In this document: positions 1-8,435 of the stretch, piece after piece | How the letters are laid out: every line of letters begins with the position of its first letter | Position numbering within the stretch: the first letter of the stretch is position 1 | From: Chlamydiota bacterium | GTDB taxonomy: Bacteria; Chlamydiota; Chlamydiia; Chlamydiales; SM23-39 | Reading direction: 5' to 3' | Length of the DNA stretch: 64,000 bases | Assembly: GCA_048498835.1 (NCBI GenBank) | Contig: JBEHXF010000004.1 | Span: 1,307 to 65,306 of the forward strand | Program-made: the position numbers and the translations under genes | The notes under the pieces: model-generated | The model's database searches: none | Told to the model about the DNA's origin: nothing | The model's input: only the letters and a program-made list of their open reading frames with translations

Positions 1-2
1 CT

Positions 3-1061
3 GCCATCGGTGTCGTGATCGATGGGTGTCCAGCTGGCCTCTCAATTACTGCCGTCGAGATCAATCAAGAACTGGCGTTCAGAAGACCAGGCTCTAGCCC
101 TTATACTTCACCTCGCAAAGAATCGGACCAGGTTGAAATTCTCTCCGGTATCTTTGAAGGACAAACAACTGGTGCACCGATCGCTCTTCTCATCCGAAAT
201 AAAGATGCAGACTCGAGCGCTTATGAATCGATCAAAGACCTCTATCGACCGGGTCACGCCAATTTTACCTATCTCGCGAAATACGGCCTGTTTGATTATC
301 GAGGAGGCGGCCGCGCTTCCGCCCGTGAAACGACAGCGCGTGTCGCTGCAGGCGCCATTGCAAAAAAACTTCTCTCTCTTCACCAGATTGAATGCACCGC
401 CTACATCGCTGAGCTCGGAGGCATTTCGATTGAAGAGCCCGATTTAGCGACTCTCCGAAAAAAAACCTACGCGAGCCCGATCTTCTGTCCCGATCCCAAA
501 GCAACTCTTGCGATGCTGCGCGAGATCGAGATTGTAAAAGAAGAAAAAGATTCTCTCGGCGGCATCGTTGCCTGCGTCGCACATCTGCCCATTGGTCTCG
601 GAGACCCTGTCTATAGCAAGCTAGAAGCTCTTCTCGCCTCTGCCATGCTCTCAATCCCTGCTTCAAAAGGTTTTGAAATTGGCGCAGGGTTCGCCGCCGC
701 CCGCATGAGAGGTTCTGAACATAACGATGCCTTTGATCTCGATGTTCACGGCAACCCCGCCCCAGAAACCAATCGAGCGGGTGGAACCCTTGGCGGGATT
801 TCAACAGGCTCTCCCCTCACTTTCCGTGTCGCGTTCAAGCCTACCTCAAGTATTAAAAAGCTCCAATCCACCGTTTCTCTCTCCGGAGAAAAAACAACCT
901 TTCTCCTCCCCGAAAATGCGCGTCACGATCCCTGCATTGCCATCCGCGCCGTCCCCGTCGTCGAAGCGATGACAGCCCTCGTCCTCGCCGACACCCTACT
1001 TTTAAACCGCCTAGCTAAAATCAAAAGCGAGCAAGAACTCCCTTCTATAAATAAAAATTAA
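3..1061 (+). CDS. aroC: chorismate synthase (5' end lies upstream of the window)
   Basis: ORF track 15..1061. The frame stays open back to nt 3 (AIGVVIDGCPAG...), so the GTG at 15 is not the true start. Signatures: GCPAGL, RPGHANFTYLAKYG, RGGGRASARETTARVAAGAIA, HDPCIAIRAVPVVEAM. Confidence 0.93.
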   Translation, partial: AIGVVIDGCPAGLSITAVEINQELAFRRPGSSPYTSPRKESDQVEILSGIFEGQTTGAPIALLIRNKDADSSAYESIKDLYRPGHANFTYLAKYGLFDYRGGGRASARETTARVAAGAIAKKLLSLHQIECTAYIAELGGISIEEPDLATLRKKTYASPIFCPDPKATLAMLREIEIVKEEKDSLGGIVACVAHLPIGLGDPVYSKLEALLASAMLSIPASKGFEIGAGFAAARMRGSEHNDAFDLDVHGNPAPETNRAGGTLGGISTGSPLTFRVAFKPTSSIKKLQSTVSLSGEKTTFLLPENARHDPCIAIRAVPVVEAMTALVLADTLLLNRLAKIKSEQELPSINKN

Positions 1062-1093
1062 ACACCGAGAGCACCGAGATCCACCGAGAAAAA
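1059..1093. repeat. left inverted-repeat arm TAAACACCGAGAGCACCGAGATCCACCGAGAAAAA
   Basis: Read directly. It is the exact reverse complement of 1524-1558. It holds three CACCGAG heptads starting at 1063, 1072 and 1082. The aroC stop codon TAA (1059-1061) is inside the arm. Confidence 0.97.
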
Positions 1094-1104
1094 TAAGGTA
1101 AAAA

Positions 1105-1518
1105 ATGACTTTGCTTAGAGACGAACCAATTATCGATTATACCCAGCGATTATATGACGAATTAACAAGTAAAATAATAAAATCCGCCATTGAAGTTCAT
1201 AAAGCACTTGGTCCTGGTTTATTAGAAACCGTATATGAAACATGTCTAATAAGTGAATTAAAAGATTCGGGATTAAAGGTTGAGTGGCAAAAATCTCTCC
1301 CTATTGAATATAAAAATGTCAAATTGGATTGCGGATATCGGCTAGATATATTAGTTGATGAATCGGTGATTATCGAGGTTAAGGCAGTTGCTGAGTTAGG
1401 AAAGCTCCATGAAGCTCAATTACTTACTTATCTTAAACTATCTAAGTGTCGAGTGGGACTCTTGATCAATTTCAATGTTAAAATCTTAAAACAAGGTGTT
1501 CGTCGGATCATTGTTTAA
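1105..1518 (+). CDS. GxxExxY family protein (PD-(D/E)XK nuclease fold)
   Basis: 137 aa. Literal motif G-LLE-TVY (GPGLLETVYETC). PD-(D/E)XK-like core RLDILVDESVIIEVKA (D...E-V-K). C-terminal QLLTYLKLS...GLLINF is typical of the family. SD-like AAGG lies 8 nt upstream. A 60-nt sample I counted was about 35% GC. Confidence 0.85.
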   Translation: MTLLRDEPIIDYTQRLYDELTSKIIKSAIEVHKALGPGLLETVYETCLISELKDSGLKVEWQKSLPIEYKNVKLDCGYRLDILVDESVIIEVKAVAELGKLHEAQLLTYLKLSKCRVGLLINFNVKILKQGVRRIIV

Positions 1519-1523
1519 CATTG

Positions 1524-1558
1524 TTTTTCTCGGTGGATCTCGGTGCTCTCGGTGTTTA
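1524..1558. repeat. right inverted-repeat arm TTTTTCTCGGTGGATCTCGGTGCTCTCGGTGTTTA
   Basis: Exact reverse complement of 1059-1093 (35/35). Confidence 0.97.
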
Positions 1559-1591
1559 TTCTTTCCTCCTCCATCCACACACGATCTGGAG

Positions 1592-1888
1592 CTATCCGTG
1601 GATGAGGATGCCGATGATCACGAAGAGGGCGCCGATCACAGCGATCAGGTTGGACCAAATGAGGACTTTGTTTTTGATGAGAAGGCCATAGACAAACCAG
1701 CTGGAAACCGCGACTAGGGCAAAGAGAAACCCTGTCATCGAAACGTCTTTGGCCGAATGGTTTATAAAAATTTTAATACCCTGCACGTAAAAGAGGAGTT
1801 GGCCGAGAATTCCTATGAAGAACATGTACTTTTCATAGTAGCGTATGGCTCGGGCTTTTGACTGAGCTTGGGCTTCAGGTTCCATCAT
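1592..1888 (-). CDS. small 3-TM membrane protein, SemiSWEET/PQ-loop-like
   Basis: 98 aa with three hydrophobic helices and no other domain. Size and topology fit bacterial SemiSWEET-type transporters. The family call is from pattern only. Confidence 0.45.
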   Translation of the reverse strand: MMEPEAQAQSKARAIRYYEKYMFFIGILGQLLFYVQGIKIFINHSAKDVSMTGFLFALVAVSSWFVYGLLIKNKVLIWSNLIAVIGALFVIIGILIHG

Positions 1889-1989
1889 TACTTCCTGTTA
1901 TGCGTAGGATAAGAGGGAGGGGGTATTTCGACAACTAAATCAATTTTTATGTGCACTGATTATTTTACTCTTTGTGTATAGAGTGAGAA

Positions 1990-4611
1990 ATGGACGACAA
2001 CTGGCATTTAAAAACCGTTGAAGAGACCTTTATTACCCTGAAATCAGGGTTAAAAGGGCTTACCCATATCGATGCTAAAAAGAGACTGCGGGAGTTTGGG
2101 CCCAATCGATTAGAAACCTCAAAAGGGCCGTCCGCCTGGGTAATTTTCTTTCGCCAGTTCATGAACCCTCTGATTCTCATCCTCATTGTAGCCTCAGCCG
2201 TGAAATTATTCGTGTCGGGATTTCTCGATGGAGCTGTCTTAATCACAACCATTTTACTCATGGCGTTCATCGGCTTTTTCCAGGAGCGAAAAGCAGAAAA
2301 AGCCATGCGCGCATTGAAAAAGTTAGCGGCTCATAAGTCGAAAGTCATTCGAAATAGCAAAGTAGAGATGGTATTGACGGAGAATTTGGTCCCTGGAGAC
2401 CTCATTCTGTTGGAAATGGGCGATAAGGTGCCAGCTGACGCTCGGCTAATTGAAGTCAAGACGTTGAAAATAGACGAATCGATGCTCGATGGAGAATCGA
2501 TCCCTTCGGAAAAGCACTCAAGAGCACTGGAAGGTACCCCGGTTGTCGCTGATCGGGAAAATATGGTCTATGCCGGTACCGTCGTGTCTTATGGAAAAGC
2601 ATCGGCCGTAGTGGTTGCAACGGGGATGAAGACCGAGCTCGGAAAAATCGCAGCGAGTATTGATGAGATTCATCCTGAGCCAACGCCTGTTCAGCGGAGC
2701 ATCCAATCGATCGGAAACTGGATGCTAGTCATTGTCTTTATAGCAATCGCTCTGTTTGCACTCATTAGCTTTTATAAAGGAATGCCGTGGATCGACATCT
2801 TCCTCTTAGGTGTTGCTGCAGCTGTTTCCGCTATTCCCGAAGGATTGCCGATCGCTTTTACGACGACGCTTGCAGCGGGAATGAATGAGATGGCAAAGCG
2901 AAATGCGATCATCCGCAAATTGATCGCTGTTGAAACTCTGGGCTCTACGACTGCAATCTGCTCCGATAAAACAGGAACTCTCACTCTCAATCAAATGACA
3001 GTCACAACTCTCTACACCTTTGAAAGAACAGTGGAAGTGGGTCAACATTGTGAATGTTTGCCACTCTTTAAACAAATGTTCGAAATTGGAGCCCTTTGCA
3101 ATGATGCGCATCTTTCCAAAGAGGGTGGAGAATTTAAAACGATTGGCGATCCAACTGAAGGCGCCCTCCTTTCGGTCGCTGCCAAAGCCGGCTTTCAATT
3201 TAACTCTCCTCGGCTCAATGAAATTCCATTTTTAAGCGAAACCCGCTACATGGCCACCCTTCACGAAACAGAACTTGGAAAGCGAATTTATGTAAAAGGT
3301 GCGCCGGAAAAAGTCCTTTCCCTGTGTGGGTTGATTCAGACGCAAAATGGAACGATTCCTCTCGAGGGAGCTGCAAAGGAGCAAATCCAACAAGCCATCG
3401 ATCAGATGACCGAAAAAGCGCTTCGCCTGATCGCAGTTGCTTACCTCGATTCCTCAGACCTTATAGAAGAAGCGTTCACAGGCAAACTGATTTTCGCGGG
3501 CATTTTTGGGATGATCGATCCGCCTCGAAAAGAAGCGATGGAAGCGATTCACTCTTGCCGCCAAGCGGGAATTCGGGTGTCCATGATCACGGGTGACAAT
3601 AAAAAAACAGCATTGGCCATTGCTAAAGAATTAGGCATCTCCACTCGACATGCTCTGACTGGAGAAGAATTGAGCGCGCTGAGCGATCCAGAGTTAAAAG
3701 AGCGGTCGAAAACAACCTCTGTCTACGCGCGAGTAGAACCCGCTCATAAACTGCGGATTGTCCGAGCGTTTCAATCCAACGGGCAAATCGTTGCAGTGAC
3801 AGGCGATGGAATCAATGATGCTCCGGCACTTGAAGCATCCAATATTGGCATTGCCATGGGGCTTACAGGGACCGACGTGGCCAAAGAGTCAGCTGATATG
3901 ATTTTGGCTGATGATCGATTCGACTCGATTGTTGCGGCAGTAGAAGAGGGAAGAGCTATTTTCAATCGACTCCGCAATGTGTGCGCTTTTCTTCTGACCA
4001 CTTGCATCGGCGAATTGTTTGGGCTTATTTTAGCCGTCTTTTTTATCGGCTTAGCGCCTCTATTGCCGCTCCAGATTCTCTGGGTCAATCTCGTCTCGGG
4101 TTCGGTCATTGCCATTCCGCTTGGATTTGAGCCGAAGATCGGCGACGAGATGAAACATCCGCCGCGCGATCCCCATTCGATGCTTCTCTATCCAGGCATG
4201 CTCTATCGAATCGGTTTTCTAGCAATTCTGTTAGGAGCAGGGACCTTTTCCATCTTCTACTATACTTATCATCATACCTCGCTAGAAAAAGCGCGCACCA
4301 TGGTTCTTTGCGCTCTCGTCGCTTTCGAATGGCTGATTGCACTGAAGATGCGCTCTGAAGAGCTTCCGATCCGAAAAATAGGTATTTTTAAAAATCCAAG
4401 TCTTCTCTTAGCAATCGGAGTGGCGCTTCTTCTTCATCTGTTGATCCTTTATATTCCGGCTCTGCAGGTTCTTTTTCATACACAACCTCTTTCTTTAAGT
4501 GAATGGGGAATCGCTCTACTGCCAGGGATTTCCATTTTTATTTTAGAAACACTGCGTAAAGAATTCTTACCGAACCTATTCAGCGCAGGAAAATGGAGAA
4601 GCGTTAAATAA
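1990..4611 (+). CDS. cation-translocating P-type ATPase (type II, Ca2+/Mg2+-like)
   Basis: 873 aa. Phosphorylation site CSDKTGTLT. Also TGES-region (DGESIPSEK), MITGDN, VTGDGINDAPAL, and about 10 TM segments. Confidence 0.93.
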   Translation: MDDNWHLKTVEETFITLKSGLKGLTHIDAKKRLREFGPNRLETSKGPSAWVIFFRQFMNPLILILIVASAVKLFVSGFLDGAVLITTILLMAFIGFFQERKAEKAMRALKKLAAHKSKVIRNSKVEMVLTENLVPGDLILLEMGDKVPADARLIEVKTLKIDESMLDGESIPSEKHSRALEGTPVVADRENMVYAGTVVSYGKASAVVVATGMKTELGKIAASIDEIHPEPTPVQRSIQSIGNWMLVIVFIAIALFALISFYKGMPWIDIFLLGVAAAVSAIPEGLPIAFTTTLAAGMNEMAKRNAIIRKLIAVETLGSTTAICSDKTGTLTLNQMTVTTLYTFERTVEVGQHCECLPLFKQMFEIGALCNDAHLSKEGGEFKTIGDPTEGALLSVAAKAGFQFNSPRLNEIPFLSETRYMATLHETELGKRIYVKGAPEKVLSLCGLIQTQNGTIPLEGAAKEQIQQAIDQMTEKALRLIAVAYLDSSDLIEEAFTGKLIFAGIFGMIDPPRKEAMEAIHSCRQAGIRVSMITGDNKKTALAIAKELGISTRHALTGEELSALSDPELKERSKTTSVYARVEPAHKLRIVRAFQSNGQIVAVTGDGINDAPALEASNIGIAMGLTGTDVAKESADMILADDRFDSIVAAVEEGRAIFNRLRNVCAFLLTTCIGELFGLILAVFFIGLAPLLPLQILWVNLVSGSVIAIPLGFEPKIGDEMKHPPRDPHSMLLYPGMLYRIGFLAILLGAGTFSIFYYTYHHTSLEKARTMVLCALVAFEWLIALKMRSEELPIRKIGIFKNPSLLLAIGVALLLHLLILYIPALQVLFHTQPLSLSEWGIALLPGISIFILETLRKEFLPNLFSAGKWRSVK

Positions 4612-4665
4612 CTATTAGATAAAAAATTCGAATTATGACAAACAGAAAACTAGATTAAATGATAG

Positions 4666-4959
4666 ATGGAGAGCTTCATGAATAAGAAAAAACTAATCAG
4701 CTATGCACTTTGCGCAATCGGTGTATTCATGATGGCTTATGGCCTTTATTCCCGCAGTAACATGTCCACGGCGGAAGTTAAAATCCATGAAATGACCCAG
4801 TCTAAAAATTCTCTCGTAAAAAAAATGGGCAAACAGATGGAATCAAAAGTTTCATCTTACGGAACAAAAGTTCGATTCTTTCTCTATGCTGGAGCGCTCC
4901 TCATCGTCGTAGGCGGCGCTGGAGTGGTTCTCACTTGGAAACACCGAAAATCCAAGTAA
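4666..4959 (+). CDS. hypothetical small membrane protein (two TM helices)
   Basis: 97 aa with N- and C-terminal hydrophobic helices. No recognisable motif. The start could be the ATG at 4678. Confidence 0.5.
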   Translation: MESFMNKKKLISYALCAIGVFMMAYGLYSRSNMSTAEVKIHEMTQSKNSLVKKMGKQMESKVSSYGTKVRFFLYAGALLIVVGGAGVVLTWKHRKSK

Positions 4960-5002
4960 TCTGTACATTGCTGAATAAATCGGCTCGCTCTATGCTCATA
5001 AC

Positions 5003-5641
5003 ATGAGTCTGCCGATTTTAAAACAACGCCCCGCCTCTATTCTACTCTATTGGCCAAATCTCGTTGGCTATCTCCGAATTGTTCTTTTGATTGCGGGTCT
5101 TGCCATCGTCCTCAAAGCCCCTTTGCTGGGCTTTTTCATCCTTCTCACCAGCGGTTTGATGGATGCGCTCGATGGTTTTCTCGCCCGAACACTCAAACAA
5201 TCTTCAAAATTTGGAGCGATTCTCGATTATGCGCTCGATCGAGCCACGGTCGCCAGTTTCTTTGTTCTTCTCTGCATCGCCTATCCGACTTATTGGCTAC
5301 TTTTCAATAGTCTTCTCAGCTTAGACATTATGAGCCATCTCTTTCATCTCATCGCCAGTCATGCTCAAAAGAAAAAAAGTCATAAAGAGATCAGCCAGCA
5401 AGAACCCCTCCTTTTACGCCTCTATTATGCCAATCGCTTCAATCTCACGACTACATGCCTTATGCACGATCTCTTCTTGGGGTTTCTCTTCCTCCATGCC
5501 TATTTTCCCCTTCTCTCTGTCAAACTTCTCGCTTTAGTAATGTTCCCCGGATTTCTTTTTAAAACTCTCATCCATATCGCAAAAGTCATCCGCTCCTCGC
5601 ACATTTTAATCGACGCTGAGTCTTATGACGAAGAATCTTAA
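5003..5641 (+). CDS. CDP-alcohol phosphatidyltransferase, eukaryotic-type phosphatidylinositol synthase-like
   Basis: 212 aa. Family motif DALDGFLARTLKQSSKFGAILDYALDR (D-x2-DG-x2-AR-x8-G-x3-D-x3-D). PNLVGYLRIV, SLDIMSHLFHL and SHKEI...LLRLYY resemble CDIPT/Pis1 as I recall those sequences. Confidence 0.8.
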   Translation: MSLPILKQRPASILLYWPNLVGYLRIVLLIAGLAIVLKAPLLGFFILLTSGLMDALDGFLARTLKQSSKFGAILDYALDRATVASFFVLLCIAYPTYWLLFNSLLSLDIMSHLFHLIASHAQKKKSHKEISQQEPLLLRLYYANRFNLTTTCLMHDLFLGFLFLHAYFPLLSVKLLALVMFPGFLFKTLIHIAKVIRSSHILIDAESYDEES

Positions 5642-5990
5642 ACTGTCCAACCGAGTAACCCTCATTGTCACTGTTCCTGAGACGCATGCCGATAAAGTGA
5701 GAGCGGCGATGGGAAAAGCGGGAGCTGGCCGAGTGGGCCATTACTCCCATTGCTCTTTTTCTGTAAAAGGGACTGGGCGATTCATCCCCACGGCAGGAGC
5801 CCACCCCTTTATTGGCAAAGAAGGAGTTTCCGAGACCGTCAACGAAGAGCGAATCGAAACCGTCTGTTCACTCGATTGTCTCGAAGCAGTCATCGCTGCG
5901 ATCAAAGAGGCTCATCCATACGAAGAGACAACGATCGATCTCTACCCCATCTACGAAATGGGCATTAAATCGCCTTCTCGGCCTTCTTAA
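5625..5990 (+). CDS. NIF3/YqfO C-terminal-domain-like small protein
   Basis: 121 aa. The pattern VTVPETHADKVRAAMGKAGAG..G.Y.HCSF...G.G.F.P...A.P..G......EE.R.E.....L..V..A...AHPYEE matches stand-alone NIF3-related proteins as I remember them. It overlaps the upstream gene by 17 nt. Confidence 0.5.
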   Translation: MTKNLKLSNRVTLIVTVPETHADKVRAAMGKAGAGRVGHYSHCSFSVKGTGRFIPTAGAHPFIGKEGVSETVNEERIETVCSLDCLEAVIAAIKEAHPYEETTIDLYPIYEMGIKSPSRPS

Positions 5991-6690
5991 AGAAACCTTC
6001 GACTAACTCTTTCTGATAAGGGACAAATCCAGAAAACAAAGAATTTTTCGCCCCGCGAGTGACTAACAGTCGATCGAGCAATTCTGTTTTCAACGAGCTA
6101 TCTGCTTTTCTATCGATCACCACCGAAGGGCAAGGGAGTCCATCTTGTGAGTCGATGATCCGCGTTGTCTCCCGATTCTTTGGATTGGCGAGCCACACCG
6201 CCTCCATCACCATCGTCGCTTCAACCCGACCTGCAACAACTGCATCGATTTGTTTTTGCCAAGCGCCGACGCCGATAATCTCAGAAAAAAATCGCTTTAA
6301 TGAAGCACTTTTTTCAGCGAGAAATAGCCCACAGCCAAAGTAGCTACTCGTGCAAAAACGATGGATAAAACCTAAGCGCTTCCCCTCTAACTGATCCCAC
6401 CGTTGAATGGGGCTCTCTTTCTTCACGATGAGCAAGCTTTTAAAAGTCGTTTTCCCTCCACTGAGCGCCGTAGCCACACCTTCATAAAATGGATCGGTCC
6501 GAAGATAAAACTGATTGGCCACAGGTAAATAACCAATCAGTGCGTGATGAGCCTTCAATTCCTCTGTCAACTTCGCCATATCGTCATATCCCACCACTTC
6601 CATTTGATAGCGGTGAATAAACTCAATCCAATCCCTCTCTTCAAACGGAAAACCCAAATTTACATCGTGAGCAAAACGTCTTTTTTCCAT
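5965..6690 (-). CDS. PhnD-like (phosphate/phosphonate-type) substrate-binding-fold protein, no obvious signal peptide
   Basis: ORF track 5965..6735. I prefer the internal ATG at 6690 (MEKRRF...) because the longer form overlaps the divergent gene. GYLPVANQFYL and GKRLGFIH...SSYFG resemble the PhnD family. The call is weak. Confidence 0.4.
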   Translation of the reverse strand: MEKRRFAHDVNLGFPFEERDWIEFIHRYQMEVVGYDDMAKLTEELKAHHALIGYLPVANQFYLRTDPFYEGVATALSGGKTTFKSLLIVKKESPIQRWDQLEGKRLGFIHRFCTSSYFGCGLFLAEKSASLKRFFSEIIGVGAWQKQIDAVVAGRVEATMVMEAVWLANPKNRETTRIIDSQDGLPCPSVVIDRKADSSLKTELLDRLLVTRGAKNSLFSGFVPYQKELVEGFFKKAEKAI

Positions 6691-6702
6691 AAAATCCTTT
6701 GC

Positions 6703-7728
6703 ATGACGATCAATTGTTGGCCCTCTCCTCAGCAACTCTTACTTCTCCAAGCTGCTCTACTTGAGCCTCCACAAGCATCGATACACGATTGGAGCCAGTT
6801 TGATCTACAAAAAATTGATCCAGTCTCTACGACCCTCCTACCATTCATCTATAAAAAATATCCGTCTTTTGGCCAAAACCACTATCGACACACCTGGATC
6901 TCCAATCTGCATCTCTTTTCCAAAATCAAACCCTTTCTAGACGCCGATCTCTGCCTCCTCAAAGGAGCCGCGATGATCCTCCATTACTATCGAGATCCAG
7001 GGCTTCGGGTCATGGGAGATGTCGATCTTCTCGTCCCGCGGAGCAAAGCTAAAGTCACAATAGAACGATTCATCCAAGCTGGGTGGCTTCCCATCAAAGA
7101 CAAGATTGCCCAGAACGACCTCGACCGCTTTATCCGCCGTTCCCATGCGCTCATGCTCACCGACCGAGAAGGAAACAATCTTGATCTCCATTGGGCTCTT
7201 CTCTCCGATAGTGGAATCGATCCCCTCTTTGCAAACCACACCTACCGGATCATCGAAAGCTCTTCCTCTCTCCTTCCGTCTGCAAAAATCCTCTGTCCGG
7301 AAGATCAACTTCTCCACACCTTTTTTCACGGTCTAAAATACAGTCCTGAGCCACTGATCCGGTGGATACCAGACGCCACCTATATCCTCAGACAAACGCC
7401 CCACTTCGATTGGGATTACTTTTTTTCTCAAGCCAAAAAAATCCGAATCGAATGGGCGATCTCTCAAGCTCTCCGTTATCTTCACGACCATTCTTTCGTC
7501 TCGATCCCGATCCAACTCAATTATCGCCCTACACGTAAAGAGAAAAACTATTTCCTCTTTCTCAACAAAAAACCCAACTTCTTTTCCACTCTCTTATCTT
7601 ATTGGCACTGTCATCTCCGAAATACCGAGGCGCTCCTTCCTCTTTTCACTTTTCCTAACTATGTAAAACAGGTCATGCAATGTCCAACTTGGACCCAATT
7701 TTTTCTCTTTTTATGGCGTAAATTATGA
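6703..7728 (+). CDS. nucleotidyltransferase family protein (NTP_transf_5-like)
   Basis: ORF track 6544..7728. The start is moved to the ATG at 6703 (MTINCWPSPQQLLLLQAAL), because the upstream part is antisense to the neighbouring gene. LLKGAAMILHYYRDPGLRVMGDVDLLV is the typical core of this uncharacterised nucleotidyltransferase family. Confidence 0.6.
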   Translation: MTINCWPSPQQLLLLQAALLEPPQASIHDWSQFDLQKIDPVSTTLLPFIYKKYPSFGQNHYRHTWISNLHLFSKIKPFLDADLCLLKGAAMILHYYRDPGLRVMGDVDLLVPRSKAKVTIERFIQAGWLPIKDKIAQNDLDRFIRRSHALMLTDREGNNLDLHWALLSDSGIDPLFANHTYRIIESSSSLLPSAKILCPEDQLLHTFFHGLKYSPEPLIRWIPDATYILRQTPHFDWDYFFSQAKKIRIEWAISQALRYLHDHSFVSIPIQLNYRPTRKEKNYFLFLNKKPNFFSTLLSYWHCHLRNTEALLPLFTFPNYVKQVMQCPTWTQFFLFLWRKL

Positions 7729-8435
7729 AAGTAAGCATCATCATTCCCGTCTGGAATGGAGCCAAATATCTAGCCGAAGCCATTGAATCGGCTCTCGGGC
7801 AAGATTATCCCGACATAGAGATCATCGTAATCAATGATGGATCAAGTGATAACTCACAAGAAGTGATCGATACTTATCAACATCGCATCGTCGCCATCTA
7901 TCAAGAAAATAAAGGACTCGGAGGAAGCCGCAATACAGGCGTCCGAGCATCTACAGGCGATTATCTTGCCTTTCTCGATCAAGATGATCTTTGGGCGAAA
8001 ACAAAGCTCTCAGCTCAAATGAACGAGATGTTAGCCAATAAAAACGAAGACCCTCTCATCTTTTCGCAAGCCGAACAATTCATCTGCCCCACCCTTCCTC
8101 CTGAAGAGCGCCACAAAATCCTACTCTCGCAGCCGATTCTTCCCGGCTACGTTGCAGGAACTCTTCTCATCAGCAAAAAGAGATTTCTCCAAATCGGCTA
8201 TTTCTTCGAAGAGAAAATGATCGGAGAATTCCTCGAATGGTATCTCCGAGCAACTGAACTCAAAGCGCCGATCCATCTCTTGAATCAAGTCACGTTCTAC
8301 CGGCGCATCCATCTCAGCAATATGGGACGGCAGCCCGCTCTCTTCCACCGCTCTGACTTTCTAAAAATCCTCAAACAATCGCTCGACCGAAGACGCTTAG
8401 AAGTTGCCCAACTCTCGGATCATGTCGTCGGATAA
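7725..8435 (+). CDS. family 2 glycosyltransferase
   Basis: 236 aa. VSIIIPVWNGAKYLAEAIESALGQDYPDIEIIVINDGSSD plus FLDQDD (DxD). ATGA overlap with the preceding gene. Confidence 0.85.
   Translation: MKVSIIIPVWNGAKYLAEAIESALGQDYPDIEIIVINDGSSDNSQEVIDTYQHRIVAIYQENKGLGGSRNTGVRASTGDYLAFLDQDDLWAKTKLSAQMNEMLANKNEDPLIFSQAEQFICPTLPPEERHKILLSQPILPGYVAGTLLISKKRFLQIGYFFEEKMIGEFLEWYLRATELKAPIHLLNQVTFYRRIHLSNMGRQPALFHRSDFLKILKQSLDRRRLEVAQLSDHVVG

Larger units (their letters stand above)
1059..1558. mobile_element. inverted-repeat-bounded cassette carrying a single GxxExxY gene (putative selfish or insertion cassette)
   Basis: Perfect 35-bp terminal inverted repeats (1059-1093 and 1524-1558) enclose one AT-rich ORF. 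The cassette lies in a convergent intergenic gap. Mobility is an inference; no transposase or target-site duplication was seen. Confidence 0.45.

Noticed and set aside
265-804. 179-aa minus-strand ORF, Arg-rich, opposite aroC.
   Set aside because: It is an antisense shadow of a well-supported gene. The extreme Arg/Gln/Cys bias indicates it is non-coding.
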